A stretch of 64,000 nt of DNA from Kudoa neothunni (Eukaryota > Animalia > Cnidaria). The stretch is from the NCBI GenBank assembly GCA_964304625.1, contig OZ199838.1, forward strand, positions 15,055,650 to 15,119,649, read 5' to 3'. Each line of letters starts with the position of its first letter. Positions within the stretch are counted from its first letter, which is position 1. Shown here one piece after another: positions 42,301 through 52,749 of the stretch. The notes beneath the pieces are model-generated. The model did no database searches, had not been told where the DNA came from, and was given only the letters and a program-made list of their open reading frames with translations. The position numbers were made by a program, and so were the translations under genes.

Positions 42301-44189
42301 CAACGGTGTATTCATATATGTCTTCCTCTAACGTAGATATATTACATTAAAAATAATGATAATAACGATTTATTAACTAATATACAACAATAATCCATAC
42401 ATAACATATTTTAATGGATATTTTTAAACTATAGCGAATTATATTTTAACAAAAATATTCCACGCAATAAATTACGATTATTTCAAAAACGAATTAATTT
42501 GTTTTAAATCTCTCTAGTTTAAATTTTTTAAATGTGTATTCTCATGTTATAATTCATTAAAATTATTTACAATCCGCGTTAAATATATAACAATTACTAT
42601 AAGATTTTAAAGCTATTGAATCAATTATTCAAAATAGAACGCCACGGAGATGCATTAATCTCTCTTGTTCATTTAAAATTTAATTGAACTTTCGGCATGA
42701 AAGAGTTAACGATTGCGCCCAAAACCACCTTGTACGTTAAAATTGATACTGTTTTCTCGTTAAATTTTATCATAAAGCTTTATATTATCTAGTGTCAATC
42801 TCAAAAACTTATAATTCCTATTTCCCTCAAAAATACGTAAATTCCTTCTTTAGATCGGCATAAACGAATAGGGAGGTGATAAATTAATTTCGGGGGTAGA
42901 GAGTGAACAATTATTAAGAGATCGTCGTTAGGTTAAATATTACTAGGTGATAGGAGGATATATTAACGTTATATCTTGTTTAACTAACGTAAAATCAACT
43001 CTAGTTTGTAGTAGATGATTGGTTATTTTTAAATGGAGTTATAAACTCAATAATCTTATTTTCTTCTGCTTAAGATTTATTTTCAATTTTGTACAGTTGA
43101 TTTCGGGTATTTTGCATCCTGTTATTACTTACTTTGTTTAATAACTGCAAAACTTGAAATTATACCTAGTAAAGATTTCCTTATAAGCATTAAAAATGTG
43201 TGATAAATACATTTGAAAAATCGTGCAAAAATATTTTTATTTTTTGTATAATTAACGATTATTATTATTTTCTCAATTCATTTTTATTACGAACCAATAT
43301 TTTGACGAAAAAAGTTTGAAAATTATCAGTCTTGCACACGTAAATAATATAAAATTATTGTAATTCATCTTTCAATAACCTATTTGCAATAAATTTTACA
43401 TAAATACATTTTAGTTCATTTACTTATAAAATAAACTTTAATTATTTAAAAAATAATCATAGTTTATTTAATAAAACGGAATATAATTTCAACCAGTTTT
43501 AGTCTGTGTTATTTGTATTTTTAACCAATTATCACGCTTAAAATAATAATAGAAAAGTATAAATGGAATTTTTTGATGAGTAATATAATTATTATATTTA
43601 CAGTTATAAGCAATCAATTGGCCTTAATTATTTAGCACTATGATTTATATAAATAAATCTATGGTTTCTACTAATAATTAGTTGTTGCAAAAACTCTAGA
43701 TTAGACAGAATTTAGCTGCTAGTCAATCATAAGTAACAGTACTGTCATCAACAGCATGTACCAGGCTAGTTTTACCCTTAATCCCAAGATGAACTCCCGT
43801 AAGCAACTGGTCTCAAAAACTAGGTATATTAAAATTTATTGTCCATAATCTAATTTGTCATTATAAATTCTGTCTAACTAAATACCTAATATAATAAATT
43901 ATTATGGAAGTATAAAAATAAAGCGTAATTTTTATAGGTAATGCATCAAATAAATCTCATTTATGCTTCTTTTGATTTTTAAAAAAGCATACAATTACTC
44001 ATCGAAATACCCAATTTTTATTTTCTAATATTTAAAAATATGAGAAATACAAATAAACTTTTTGAATGAAATGATCAGATAAAAAATGTGATTAAATTTA
44101 TTTAGAATTATATAAAATAACAAAAATTTCTTTATTCAAATAAAAAATGGTGATTTAAAAAAATCAGTATTTAATTCAAAAATAAAAAG

Positions 44190-45112
44190 CTATTTGACAG
44201 AGGTAAAAAATTGTTGGTTGACTTTATTTCTATCAAGATTATCAAAATATTTGAAGCCGGTAAATTCTTCCAATGTTTCCAATCTACATAGGTAACTTTC
44301 CAAGTTTATCATCTTGTTGTTGTGGTGGGGAAATAGAAAAGTCTAAATCATAACTGACATTGAAGTTTTGACGAAAATTACGTTCAGCACATAATAATCA
44401 GCTTCATTAGGCTTATATAGAACAATCTTATAATAATGACTTGGTATGTAAAAAGATACATTGTTCTATTTCCAAACTATTTATCATACAAAAAATCTTA
44501 ATTACTGTTTCATCATGTATCTTTTTAGAATTCCTAAGTTAAATTATTATTTTAATTACTGAAGTCATACAATCAGAGCACCCACCAACTTAAAACCGGA
44601 CCAGAAACCACGTACACTTGATCAAACTTGAATAAATGTTTCAAAATCAACCTTTCTAATCGAAGCCATACTCCACAATTGAAATTTTCTTAAAATTATG
44701 TTTAAAAAAGATTATAATCCAGCAATATATAATACTATATTGCGGAACAATATTAATATAATTATTAACTTCATGTTGAAGGGTGGAATTCCCTTTTTGA
44801 TTCATGACAGCAGCTAGATGTCCTCTGTTGAGTCCACTAAATAATCCCCGAAAAATTAGTAAAGAATGTACCACTCACGTATTACTATCTGTTGTAGAAA
44901 TTAAACTGTAACTGCGATGGCACACCGATCCCAGAATGATAATAAGATTTTCTCTTTTTAGGCTTATTTCCCTCTTCAGTATAATCTAATTTCTTTAGAT
45001 TAATCAAAATAAAAAACCCCCAGGAAATGAAATACTTCCATCACCCATAGTGGACTGCAAATATCATGGTTATAAAAAACACTAAAAGCCAAGAAATGAT
45101 GTATAACTCCAT
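44190..45112 (-). CDS. Secreted DNA/RNA non-specific endonuclease (His-Me finger, NucA/EndoG family), multi-exon
   Basis: Hydrophobic N-terminus MELYIISWLLVFFITMIFA. Active-site GLNRGHLAA, NIVPQ, FNCGVWLRLE, VYVVSGPV, IPSHYYKIVL and LEEFTGFKYF. Stop at 44190-44192. Confidence 0.82.
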
Positions 45113-47180
45113 TACTCCAACTTTGATTTTTGTTTTCCAACTCTACACGAAAATATTCTCAATAAGATTTCAAGGGGTAGTTTATCTCACTAGGTATTCC
45201 ATATATGAAGCGACTTCTTATCTGATCAAAATCAACTAATATATTACAATAAGTAGATTTATTCCTTATTTTAAATTTTTCTGGTGATATTTTGGTTAAA
45301 ATTTTCAACATTTTCTCCCATCAACAAAGCCCCATTTAATGAATAGCAAATAAGATGAATTTATGAATGGAAATCGTAATAGATTATATACTCATGTGAA
45401 TTCTATTTACAAATTGCGTAATTGAACAAAGTTAAACAATAGCAATTGAGAAAAAAGAATTTCACCAAAAATATAAAATAACCTCTCTTAAAACCACAAA
45501 TCTACTAGTTTGTCTAAATGAATCTTTTCTACATGGTTCATTATTTTATTTTTAAATTTGAATAATTCCATGTTTTCTATGCTTTTTTTGGAAGTTTTAT
45601 TATTAGCTTTCAAAAATACAAAATTTTTTACACTACAGTCGCACGCACATTTCAGCGAAATGTACTTGTCATGGCTTAGCAGTAACCGTAATGAGCAATC
45701 AGCTCACATAGATACCAAAAATTTAACCCTTTTAATTGTAGATATTATAAATGTCTTTAATAATGTGTCTGAATTCAAATTTAGCCATCGTTTTCATGCC
45801 AACAAAAAGATCATCTCTTCATTGATCAAATGATTTACGAATGCCAGTCTAGTTTCCGTAAGGTAGCCATACTAATTGATAATGCATTAATACCGTTGGT
45901 GGGAAACGCAATGGATAATTTGTCCATGTCCGAGGATGATAATATAATAACTGCTGCTGATGGTGAATATTGTTGTTTGTACAGACTAGAGTAATGTGAT
46001 ATCTTAAGTCTACTTGTCCGCCACCAATCTTATGGTGATTCAACTCAGATCAGATGTGTTTGAAAAAAAGGAAGCCATATTCCTAATGTCATTGTGCAAA
46101 TGGATCGAAGAATCAGTGTTTAAAAATGTTGTTGTTGTCACATCAGCATCAAAAATGGCACTCCCATTAGCTGTCAAGTGAAACATATTAACTTGATAGA
46201 TTTTCAGACGTCTAAAAATACCTTTTATCTTAGGCCTCAATATATGCTTATAACTCCGAAGCCAAACAATAATGACCATGAAACCACCTCTCACTATCCC
46301 TCAAATGAACATGTTGCCCATGATACTTTTGATTTTGATAACACGAACATATTTGATGGTTTATTATATTTAAAAGTAGGCTACATATTATTTATTGAAT
46401 TTTAGACACTTTTCAAGGATTCCTTGGATCTGGATATTCGTTTCCATTGGCACAACTACTGTATTGATCATTATTATTTAATATAGCTCTGCCAACAACC
46501 ATATAACTGAGTCCATCCATCCATCCAACTCACTCATTTTTTATTTCCTAGAGTAAAGAGGTCACATCGAAATGTGTCCATTTTCGTTGTTTTTAATGAG
46601 CCGGATTCTATGATCACAGATTACACCACTGGTGTCCAATATTTTGCAACATTGTTCTCACTGAAATTTAACCAAAAAAATAGTTACTTATTTCGATTAT
46701 GGGAACGCATTTTTATTGCTCTGATTTTAGGTCATATTTTGACTTTTATAGGCGGCGAAAGAAATAATGATTATCCTCAACAACTGTTTTAACTATAAAT
46801 TTCGCATCATTATTCCCTTAGATATTAACTGTTATAGTGATCATGAGCTCATGAATTTTTATTGATTTCTAACGAGTGTTTGCTTTTGTGCTTCTAAATA
46901 TGACAAATTTTTCGTTCATTTATTCGGTTAGAATTTCCCATATGATTAGTGATTTCAGTTTTATATGTTGCATATCTTGAAGTTTCGGTTAAGTTGTACG
47001 CAATGTTTCATCCAATCGATTATAACAATATTATCTTGGGAATTACTTATTACGATTCCCATCAAGTATTTGTCAGCATTGATACCTCAATTTTGCAATG
47101 TTTTACTTCAGTTACCATGGGAATATTCCCATTTTCGTTTAAAAATCACTTTATTGCATATAATATAACAACCAACAAAA

Positions 47181-47405
47181 ATGTCTGACCAACAATGCCA
47201 ACAAAAGTGTCCAGTAAAGCAATGCCCACAAAAAACCGAGCAATGTGTCTCACCTCCATGCAAAGAACCATGTAAAGATCCTTGCAAGGACCCATGCAAA
47301 GATCCCTGCAAGGATCCATGCAAAGACCCTTGCAAAACTAGACCTCAACAGCAGCAACAACAGCAACAGCAACAACGCACTAGCTCATCATGCTCGTCTG
47401 ATTAA
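47181..47405 (+). CDS. 74-aa Cys/Pro/Gln/Lys-rich repeat protein (SPRR/cornifin-like composition)
   Basis: AAAAATG start context. Seven PCK(D/E/T) units encoded by synonymously varied codons, a poly-Q tract, 12 Cys. GC content above the flanks. Confidence 0.75.
   Translation: MSDQQCQQKCPVKQCPQKTEQCVSPPCKEPCKDPCKDPCKDPCKDPCKDPCKTRPQQQQQQQQQQRTSSSCSSD
47256..47339 (+). repeat. 7 x 12-bp coding tandem repeat (CCNTGYAARGAN)
   Basis: Units differ almost only at third codon positions. Confidence 0.9.
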
Positions 47406-47617
47406 TTGGTTTTTGAACCAGAATAATAATCAATTGGTTTATTTATTAACATGGTAGTTAATAGCTATTATTTATATAGTGATTTTCTGTTATTAGTATA
47501 ATTCCTTTATTTATTGAGCTGTAATATTTCTGTATTCTGGCGTGGTAGTAAAATTAATGAGGAGTATATATGAATCAAATAAGTATCTAAAGATGGAACC
47601 CCTTGTTCACGGGATAG

Positions 47618-47699
47618 GCAGTGATGGCCGAGTGGTTAAGGCGTTAGACTAGAAATCTAATGGGTTCATCCCGCGTAGGTTCAAATCCTGCTCACTGCG
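47618..47699 (+). tRNA. tRNA-Ser(AGA), 82 nt
   Basis: Acceptor stem GCAGTGA/TCACTGC plus G discriminator. A box TGGCCGAGTGG. Anticodon stem TTAGA/TCTAA with loop CT-AGA-AA. Long variable arm GGG-TTCAT-CCC. B box GGTTCAAATCC. Confidence 0.97.
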
Positions 47700-47704
47700 T
47701 GTAG

Positions 47705-47717
47705 TTTTTGATTTTTT
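47705..47717 (+). terminator. RNA polymerase III terminator (T5-GA-T6)
   Basis: Oligo-T runs starting 6 nt after the tRNA discriminator. Confidence 0.8.
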
Positions 47718-47758
47718 GACCTACCTAAGCTGAATAACTTTTTGTGCTGATTCTAACG

Positions 47759-50700
47759 ATGTCACTTTCATCTTCCTGTGACATCGATAAGTTGGAGTTT
47801 TACTCGTCGAGCCTGGGCGACGTTGTGTTCCACTATTATTCGCTATATTTGCAAGCCAAGGGCAAAGTGAGGAAGTTGCCCTTGGTTATTAAGACAGTAG
47901 CAAACTTTGTAAGGAAGTTTGTTGCATATTTTGAGAGTTCTCGAGAAAGTTTTGATAACATCATGGCGACACCGAATGGCGCCGACATTTTGAGGAGCGT
48001 TATTTCTCTAATATATCCAGAACGAATATCTGATTCTAATACATCTGAAAATATGGAAGAAGTGCCTTCTATTGATACCTTGAAAGCTGATGGAAAACTA
48101 ACGCTTCGGAACATGTGGTTGGTTATTTCTCGCTCGATGAAAAAATCTCCCAAACTTCTATTAGAAAGACGTCAACGATATATGAAAGCCTTGGAGGAGT
48201 TCAAGCAAGCATTATTAGATGAATTGATTCGTTTGTATGCTGAAGAAAATAATTTCCAAAGTGTATGTGAGGCGACTCTGATTCCGCCATTACCCCAGAA
48301 GAAAAGCAAATCTACCCAATATTCTGTTGATACCACGTTTCCTGAGCTTTTAATTCCTCCTGATGGAGTGATTAGAGTGACGGAAGCTGTTTCTATCAAC
48401 CCTGACGATTATTTGCCTGCAAATGCACGTCCCACTACAATTACCACTCCTATGATTCACTCAAAATCCCAATCTACTATTGAAGAAACTCTCACTCAAA
48501 CATCTGGCGATAACAAGAATGATAATGATGGAGTTTGTCCGAAAAACCTTTCCGCCACCACCACGCAACAATCTAATTCAAATTTGATGTTGAAAAACTC
48601 ACCGAACAAATTTGAATCGAACGAATTTAATCAATTGGATTCAGTCGAACTCGAACTCAATTTGAAATTGGTCGAGTTGGCTTCCAAAATCGCAACTGAT
48701 TCCAAACCTTGTCAAACCCCAATTATTGAATGCCCACCAACCTCCTCCACTTCAATTTGCGTCAACAAATCTACTCCAAAATTGGACAGATCACTCCCAT
48801 CAATCACCAACAAATCACCAGAGATTTCCACCAATAATGTATCCTCCAATACCCCACCTGAATGGTTTAATGAAGCAATTCTTGATATTTCACAAGAAAC
48901 CCATGACAGAAACTTGGCTGATTTCTTGAACAATTACCAAACTCCAAACGATCTAACCAACAACCCATTCACCATTTTCCTCCATGATGAAGATTATACT
49001 TCAATCACATCCCCATCTCAAAACAATAGCCAAGATGTGATTGTAGTAGATTCAAACATAAACTTGGACAATACACCTACAATTCTCGACCAAGGATTTG
49101 TGGAAATTATTGATGAGAACCCGTCCCCTATCAAACCTACTACAATTAACAATCCTATCATCGTTCCCTCTTCACCTAGTTCGCCCAATAAACCTATCAG
49201 TGCTAATTCTTCTTCCATTTCCTTTGAAGATATTGATGCAACACAATATTATTCCTGTCTTAATGAAACTATGATCGAAAAATCAATGCTCAAGCCTACC
49301 CAAACCAATCCAAAATCCACTAGAACTATTAAGACAACATCAAACTCCATCCCAACCATTACTTCTCAAGATATTACTGATTTTGTGTCAAATATCAAAA
49401 CCTCAACTAATCAATCTAAACCCAAAAAACCCACCACTGCCACTGAACCTAGGAAATCTCTTTCCACAATAAAACCAAAAGCACACTTGCAACCTAAAAT
49501 TCCTACTACTCTTCAATGCACTGGCTATTCAACTATTCAAATTCCTCAAACTCAACATTCACTTACACCACAATCTCAAATTCCAGGTCCCTCACGCCTG
49601 CATTTTCCACCTGAACCTACAGCGGATACAACACCAACTATTCTCACCCAATCATCACAACTTCAATCTCAATCTCAATTGAATGATAACCCATCCACTA
49701 GTCAACCTCAAGGCGGCACTAACGACTTTGCCGCCAAACAAACTCGACGAAAACAGGAACGCAAGGACCTGTTTGAAAAAGCGTCGACCGAATTAATCCA
49801 ACTGGTCAACACCCATAACAACAGAGACGAACCAGTTGAAGAATTCTATGGGAAGTTCATAGCTACAGCAAAGTCTCATGCTAAAGCTCTTGGTCTTCAC
49901 TACGTACCCAACTTTGCACCAAAATCGGCTCCAAATAAACCCCAATTCCCTCAACAAGTCCAAGAACCACCAACGGATATTAATATGGACAAAAATAAAA
50001 TCAAACGCCTTCGTGCTATGTACCGCACCAATCCTAAAAGATGTTTTAGGGAAGTTACAGAAGTAACTCCAAAGTGGTGCACCTCAACCGCCCAAGGAAT
50101 ATTCGAATGCTTGAATAAACCACCACCTCAACCTCTTCAACCACTTCAACCACTTCAACCCCAACCAACTAATATCACAATTCCAAATTCCCAAGAAACT
50201 CAATCTCAAGTCCAATCAAATGTCTACCCAAATTCCAACGATAACGACGCCTTCTTCTGTGTTGATTCAGAAGAAGTAGCGGTCGCATTAAACAGAGCCA
50301 AATCAGACACATCTGCTGGTACTGATGGAATCTCCATTAAATTTTGGAAACATCTTCCTCAAGGAGACCACATCTTATCAACGATCTTTAATAAAATCAT
50401 CAGAACCAGCGATGTACCATCCGAATGGTTGGAAAGTCGTCTGGTTCTCATTCCAAAAACAAAATCCCCACATCAGTCAAACCCATCCGACTACAGGCCG
50501 ATCTCAGTGACACAAACTATCTATCGATTGTTTATGGCCACGTTAAATTTGAAGCTGAGACCCCACATCCAACTCTCACCCTCTCAAAAGGGTTTTACCG
50601 CTAGTGATGGTTGCTCTGAACACACATTTGTGCTACAAGAAATTCTTGATGAGTCAAGAAGATCTGGAAAAGACTTGTGTGTTGTCTGGCTCGATGTCTC

Positions 50701-52675
50701 TAAGGCATTCGACACAATACCTCACTATGCAATCCACTCCAACCTCCAAAGATTCGAATTTCCACCGAATATTCAACAAATATTTAAAAGTTTATATGAT
50801 GGAAGTTACAACCAAATTAAAGATTCTTATGGCTCTTCCATCAATCTATCACTCAACCAACAAGGCGTCCGACAAGGGTGTCCCATGTCTCCCCTTTTGT
50901 TCAACATGGTCATTGATGATCTGTTGGACAAACTGAATGAAACTACGTTTGGCTTCAACCTACACAACCAAAACATTAGCGTCCAAGCATTTGCAGACGA
51001 CCTAGTGTTATTTTCTCATTCACAAAATGATATGCAAAAGCTGCTGTCAATCTGTGATGGATTTATGTCGAATCTTCAAATGAAATTCAATCCCGCGAAA
51101 TGTAATAAACTCACCCTTACCTTCAATCGCAATAAAAAACGATCTATTAATGACCCCTTGTTGGACCGCAACTATCCACTCAAAGTTAATTCCGAAGAAA
51201 TTCCTCCCTTAACCGACTACTATAAATATCTGGGTTCAATGGCGAACCTACAATCTTTCAAATCTCTTCCACCTTGTTTTGAGGAATTCTCTGAAAAAAT
51301 TAACAAATTGGCATCGTCACCTCTTCTACCTTTCATGAAGACGGAGTTGTTAAAAACATATCTTCTTCCCACCCTCGACTTCTCTCTCAAGAATCACACC
51401 TTGAGAGTTGAGCAATTAAAAAAGGTCGACACCGCAATCCTCACATGCGTAAGAAAATGGTTGAACATTCCTCACACCACTTCTACACACTTTTTCCGCA
51501 CTCCCGTACCACTCGGAGGTCTTGGCATCCGAAGTGTACGAGAAGACTATGCAGCGTTGCGCTTAGCGGCTGGATTGAATGTTCTACATTCTTCAGACGA
51601 CAAAGTTCGAGTTGTTGCCATCCAATCCATCATCAACATAGTCAACTCTAGAACCAAGTCTACCAAAACGGTTCCAGAATACGTCAACCTTGATGCTGAG
51701 GTCAAATCCATCCACGACGTCAGGTCGCTTCTATCCTCAATAAGACTCCATAGAAAAGCGCTTGGCGTCACCATCAAACAACTAAATCAATCCAATTCCT
51801 CCACGTCCCCAATAATCGACCTTGACCCAGCATCCCTCAAAAATCCACCCACTTCCCGTTTCCAACACCTTCAACAAGAACCAACCCGAATCCGTCTTTT
51901 GCGAAGACACATCCAACAGCAACACCTCGAATCATGGTCTAATCAACCTGACCAAGGTAAGTTGGTGCCTGTTTTCAGTTGGTATCCACCCTCCAACAAA
52001 TGGCTTCGATCTTGCAATATGCGAATCGCCACTCACCGCTTCGCAATCATGGCAAGATTGAATGTCCTTCCCACCAAAACTCACCTCCATCGTATGAAGA
52101 TGTCACCGGACGTTATCGGTCGACACTGTCCTTGTGGTGTAGAAACCCTTGGACATGTGTTAGGCGGATGCAAACGTGGCGAAGCCTTGAGACAGCTTCG
52201 ACATAACCACGTCGTCCAGCTCATCACCACCCAAATTTCAAAGCGCTTCCAACGAAATAATATTCATCAATGGAAGTTGTCCGAAGACAGAATAATTCCA
52301 CTCTCCAGTTCCAATCGACGGCCTGACATTGTCCTGTGGAATGAGAAGAAGAAGTTGGTCCATGTCATTGAAGTTGCTGTCAGCTACGAAAATGGCATGG
52401 AACGACTTGATCAAGTGCTCCAACATAAAAGGGAGAAGTACGCCTCAGAGTGTCAAACACTAGGGCAAATTGGGTACACTGTACTTCAATCTGCTCTGGT
52501 GTTTGGTGCACTGGGGTCGCACCATCCATCAACCGCCGAAACACTTGGTCAATGTTGCCTCATCAAAGCACGGGCATGTCAGAAGAAGTTAATGAAGGAT
52601 ATTACTCACTCTGTCCTTGAGGATTCCAGACTTGTCTGGAATAACCATGTGCAGAGTCGAGTGGTTCCTCATTAA
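47759..52675 (+). CDS. Reverse transcriptase plus CCHC-like knuckle and PD-(D/E)xK restriction-like endonuclease polyprotein, 1638 aa from the first ATG
   Basis: Uninterrupted ORF. GTDGI, RLVLIPK, YRPIS, QKGF, WLDVSKAFDTIPH, GVRQGCPMSPLLFN, AFADDL, YKYLG, GGLGI, ARLNVLPT, C..ETLGHVLGGC, RHN, RRPDIV, IEV..SYE, KREKY and FGALG. Confidence 0.97.
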   Translation: MSLSSSCDIDKLEFYSSSLGDVVFHYYSLYLQAKGKVRKLPLVIKTVANFVRKFVAYFESSRESFDNIMATPNGADILRSVISLIYPERISDSNTSENMEEVPSIDTLKADGKLTLRNMWLVISRSMKKSPKLLLERRQRYMKALEEFKQALLDELIRLYAEENNFQSVCEATLIPPLPQKKSKSTQYSVDTTFPELLIPPDGVIRVTEAVSINPDDYLPANARPTTITTPMIHSKSQSTIEETLTQTSGDNKNDNDGVCPKNLSATTTQQSNSNLMLKNSPNKFESNEFNQLDSVELELNLKLVELASKIATDSKPCQTPIIECPPTSSTSICVNKSTPKLDRSLPSITNKSPEISTNNVSSNTPPEWFNEAILDISQETHDRNLADFLNNYQTPNDLTNNPFTIFLHDEDYTSITSPSQNNSQDVIVVDSNINLDNTPTILDQGFVEIIDENPSPIKPTTINNPIIVPSSPSSPNKPISANSSSISFEDIDATQYYSCLNETMIEKSMLKPTQTNPKSTRTIKTTSNSIPTITSQDITDFVSNIKTSTNQSKPKKPTTATEPRKSLSTIKPKAHLQPKIPTTLQCTGYSTIQIPQTQHSLTPQSQIPGPSRLHFPPEPTADTTPTILTQSSQLQSQSQLNDNPSTSQPQGGTNDFAAKQTRRKQERKDLFEKASTELIQLVNTHNNRDEPVEEFYGKFIATAKSHAKALGLHYVPNFAPKSAPNKPQFPQQVQEPPTDINMDKNKIKRLRAMYRTNPKRCFREVTEVTPKWCTSTAQGIFECLNKPPPQPLQPLQPLQPQPTNITIPNSQETQSQVQSNVYPNSNDNDAFFCVDSEEVAVALNRAKSDTSAGTDGISIKFWKHLPQGDHILSTIFNKIIRTSDVPSEWLESRLVLIPKTKSPHQSNPSDYRPISVTQTIYRLFMATLNLKLRPHIQLSPSQKGFTASDGCSEHTFVLQEILDESRRSGKDLCVVWLDVSKAFDTIPHYAIHSNLQRFEFPPNIQQIFKSLYDGSYNQIKDSYGSSINLSLNQQGVRQGCPMSPLLFNMVIDDLLDKLNETTFGFNLHNQNISVQAFADDLVLFSHSQNDMQKLLSICDGFMSNLQMKFNPAKCNKLTLTFNRNKKRSINDPLLDRNYPLKVNSEEIPPLTDYYKYLGSMANLQSFKSLPPCFEEFSEKINKLASSPLLPFMKTELLKTYLLPTLDFSLKNHTLRVEQLKKVDTAILTCVRKWLNIPHTTSTHFFRTPVPLGGLGIRSVREDYAALRLAAGLNVLHSSDDKVRVVAIQSIINIVNSRTKSTKTVPEYVNLDAEVKSIHDVRSLLSSIRLHRKALGVTIKQLNQSNSSTSPIIDLDPASLKNPPTSRFQHLQQEPTRIRLLRRHIQQQHLESWSNQPDQGKLVPVFSWYPPSNKWLRSCNMRIATHRFAIMARLNVLPTKTHLHRMKMSPDVIGRHCPCGVETLGHVLGGCKRGEALRQLRHNHVVQLITTQISKRFQRNNIHQWKLSEDRIIPLSSSNRRPDIVLWNEKKKLVHVIEVAVSYENGMERLDQVLQHKREKYASECQTLGQIGYTVLQSALVFGALGSHHPSTAETLGQCCLIKARACQKKLMKDITHSVLEDSRLVWNNHVQSRVVPH

Positions 52676-52749
52676 CTTGCCATAACTTTTACCTTATATT
52701 AGTTTATTAACTTATTTCTCTGGCCTACGGCCATTTATGTTGTATAATT

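Larger units (their letters stand above)
47655..52749 (+). mobile_element. Site-specific non-LTR retrotransposon (R2/NeSL-type, RLE) inserted at the tRNA-Ser(AGA) anticodon loop
   Basis: Single long RT-RLE ORF, 74-bp 3' UTR, no poly(A). Sequence starting at tRNA nt 38 (47655) recurs immediately after the element at 52750. The 5' boundary is ambiguous (element-borne tRNA half versus long TSD). Confidence 0.9.

Noticed and set aside
45600-47100. Possible multi-exon host gene (short ORFs with raised GC)
   Set aside because: No recognisable motif and strand and exon structure are unresolved. Needs RNA-seq.
47108-47335. Minus-strand ORF with GSLH/GSLQ repeats
   Set aside because: Antisense shadow of the PCKD repeat. 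Codon variation is synonymous in the plus frame.
47256-47339. CRISPR-like array
   Set aside because: 12-bp coding tandem repeat with no spacers, in a eukaryotic context with no cas genes.
47744-47758. ORF-track start of the 1643-aa protein at 47744
   Set aside because: It is a GTG. In a eukaryote the ATG at 47759 is the more plausible start.
47700-47760. Hammerhead or HDV ribozyme in the leader
   Set aside because: CTGA occurs, but not CUGANGA with a matching GAAA core. I could not build an HDV nested pseudoknot by eye.
47655-52749. The retroelement as a giant tRNA intron or group II intron, since the junction is at canonical intron position 37/38
   Set aside because: The upstream tRNA is already complete and has its own terminator. 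The ORF is non-LTR RT-RLE type with no maturase, HNH or group II domain V features.
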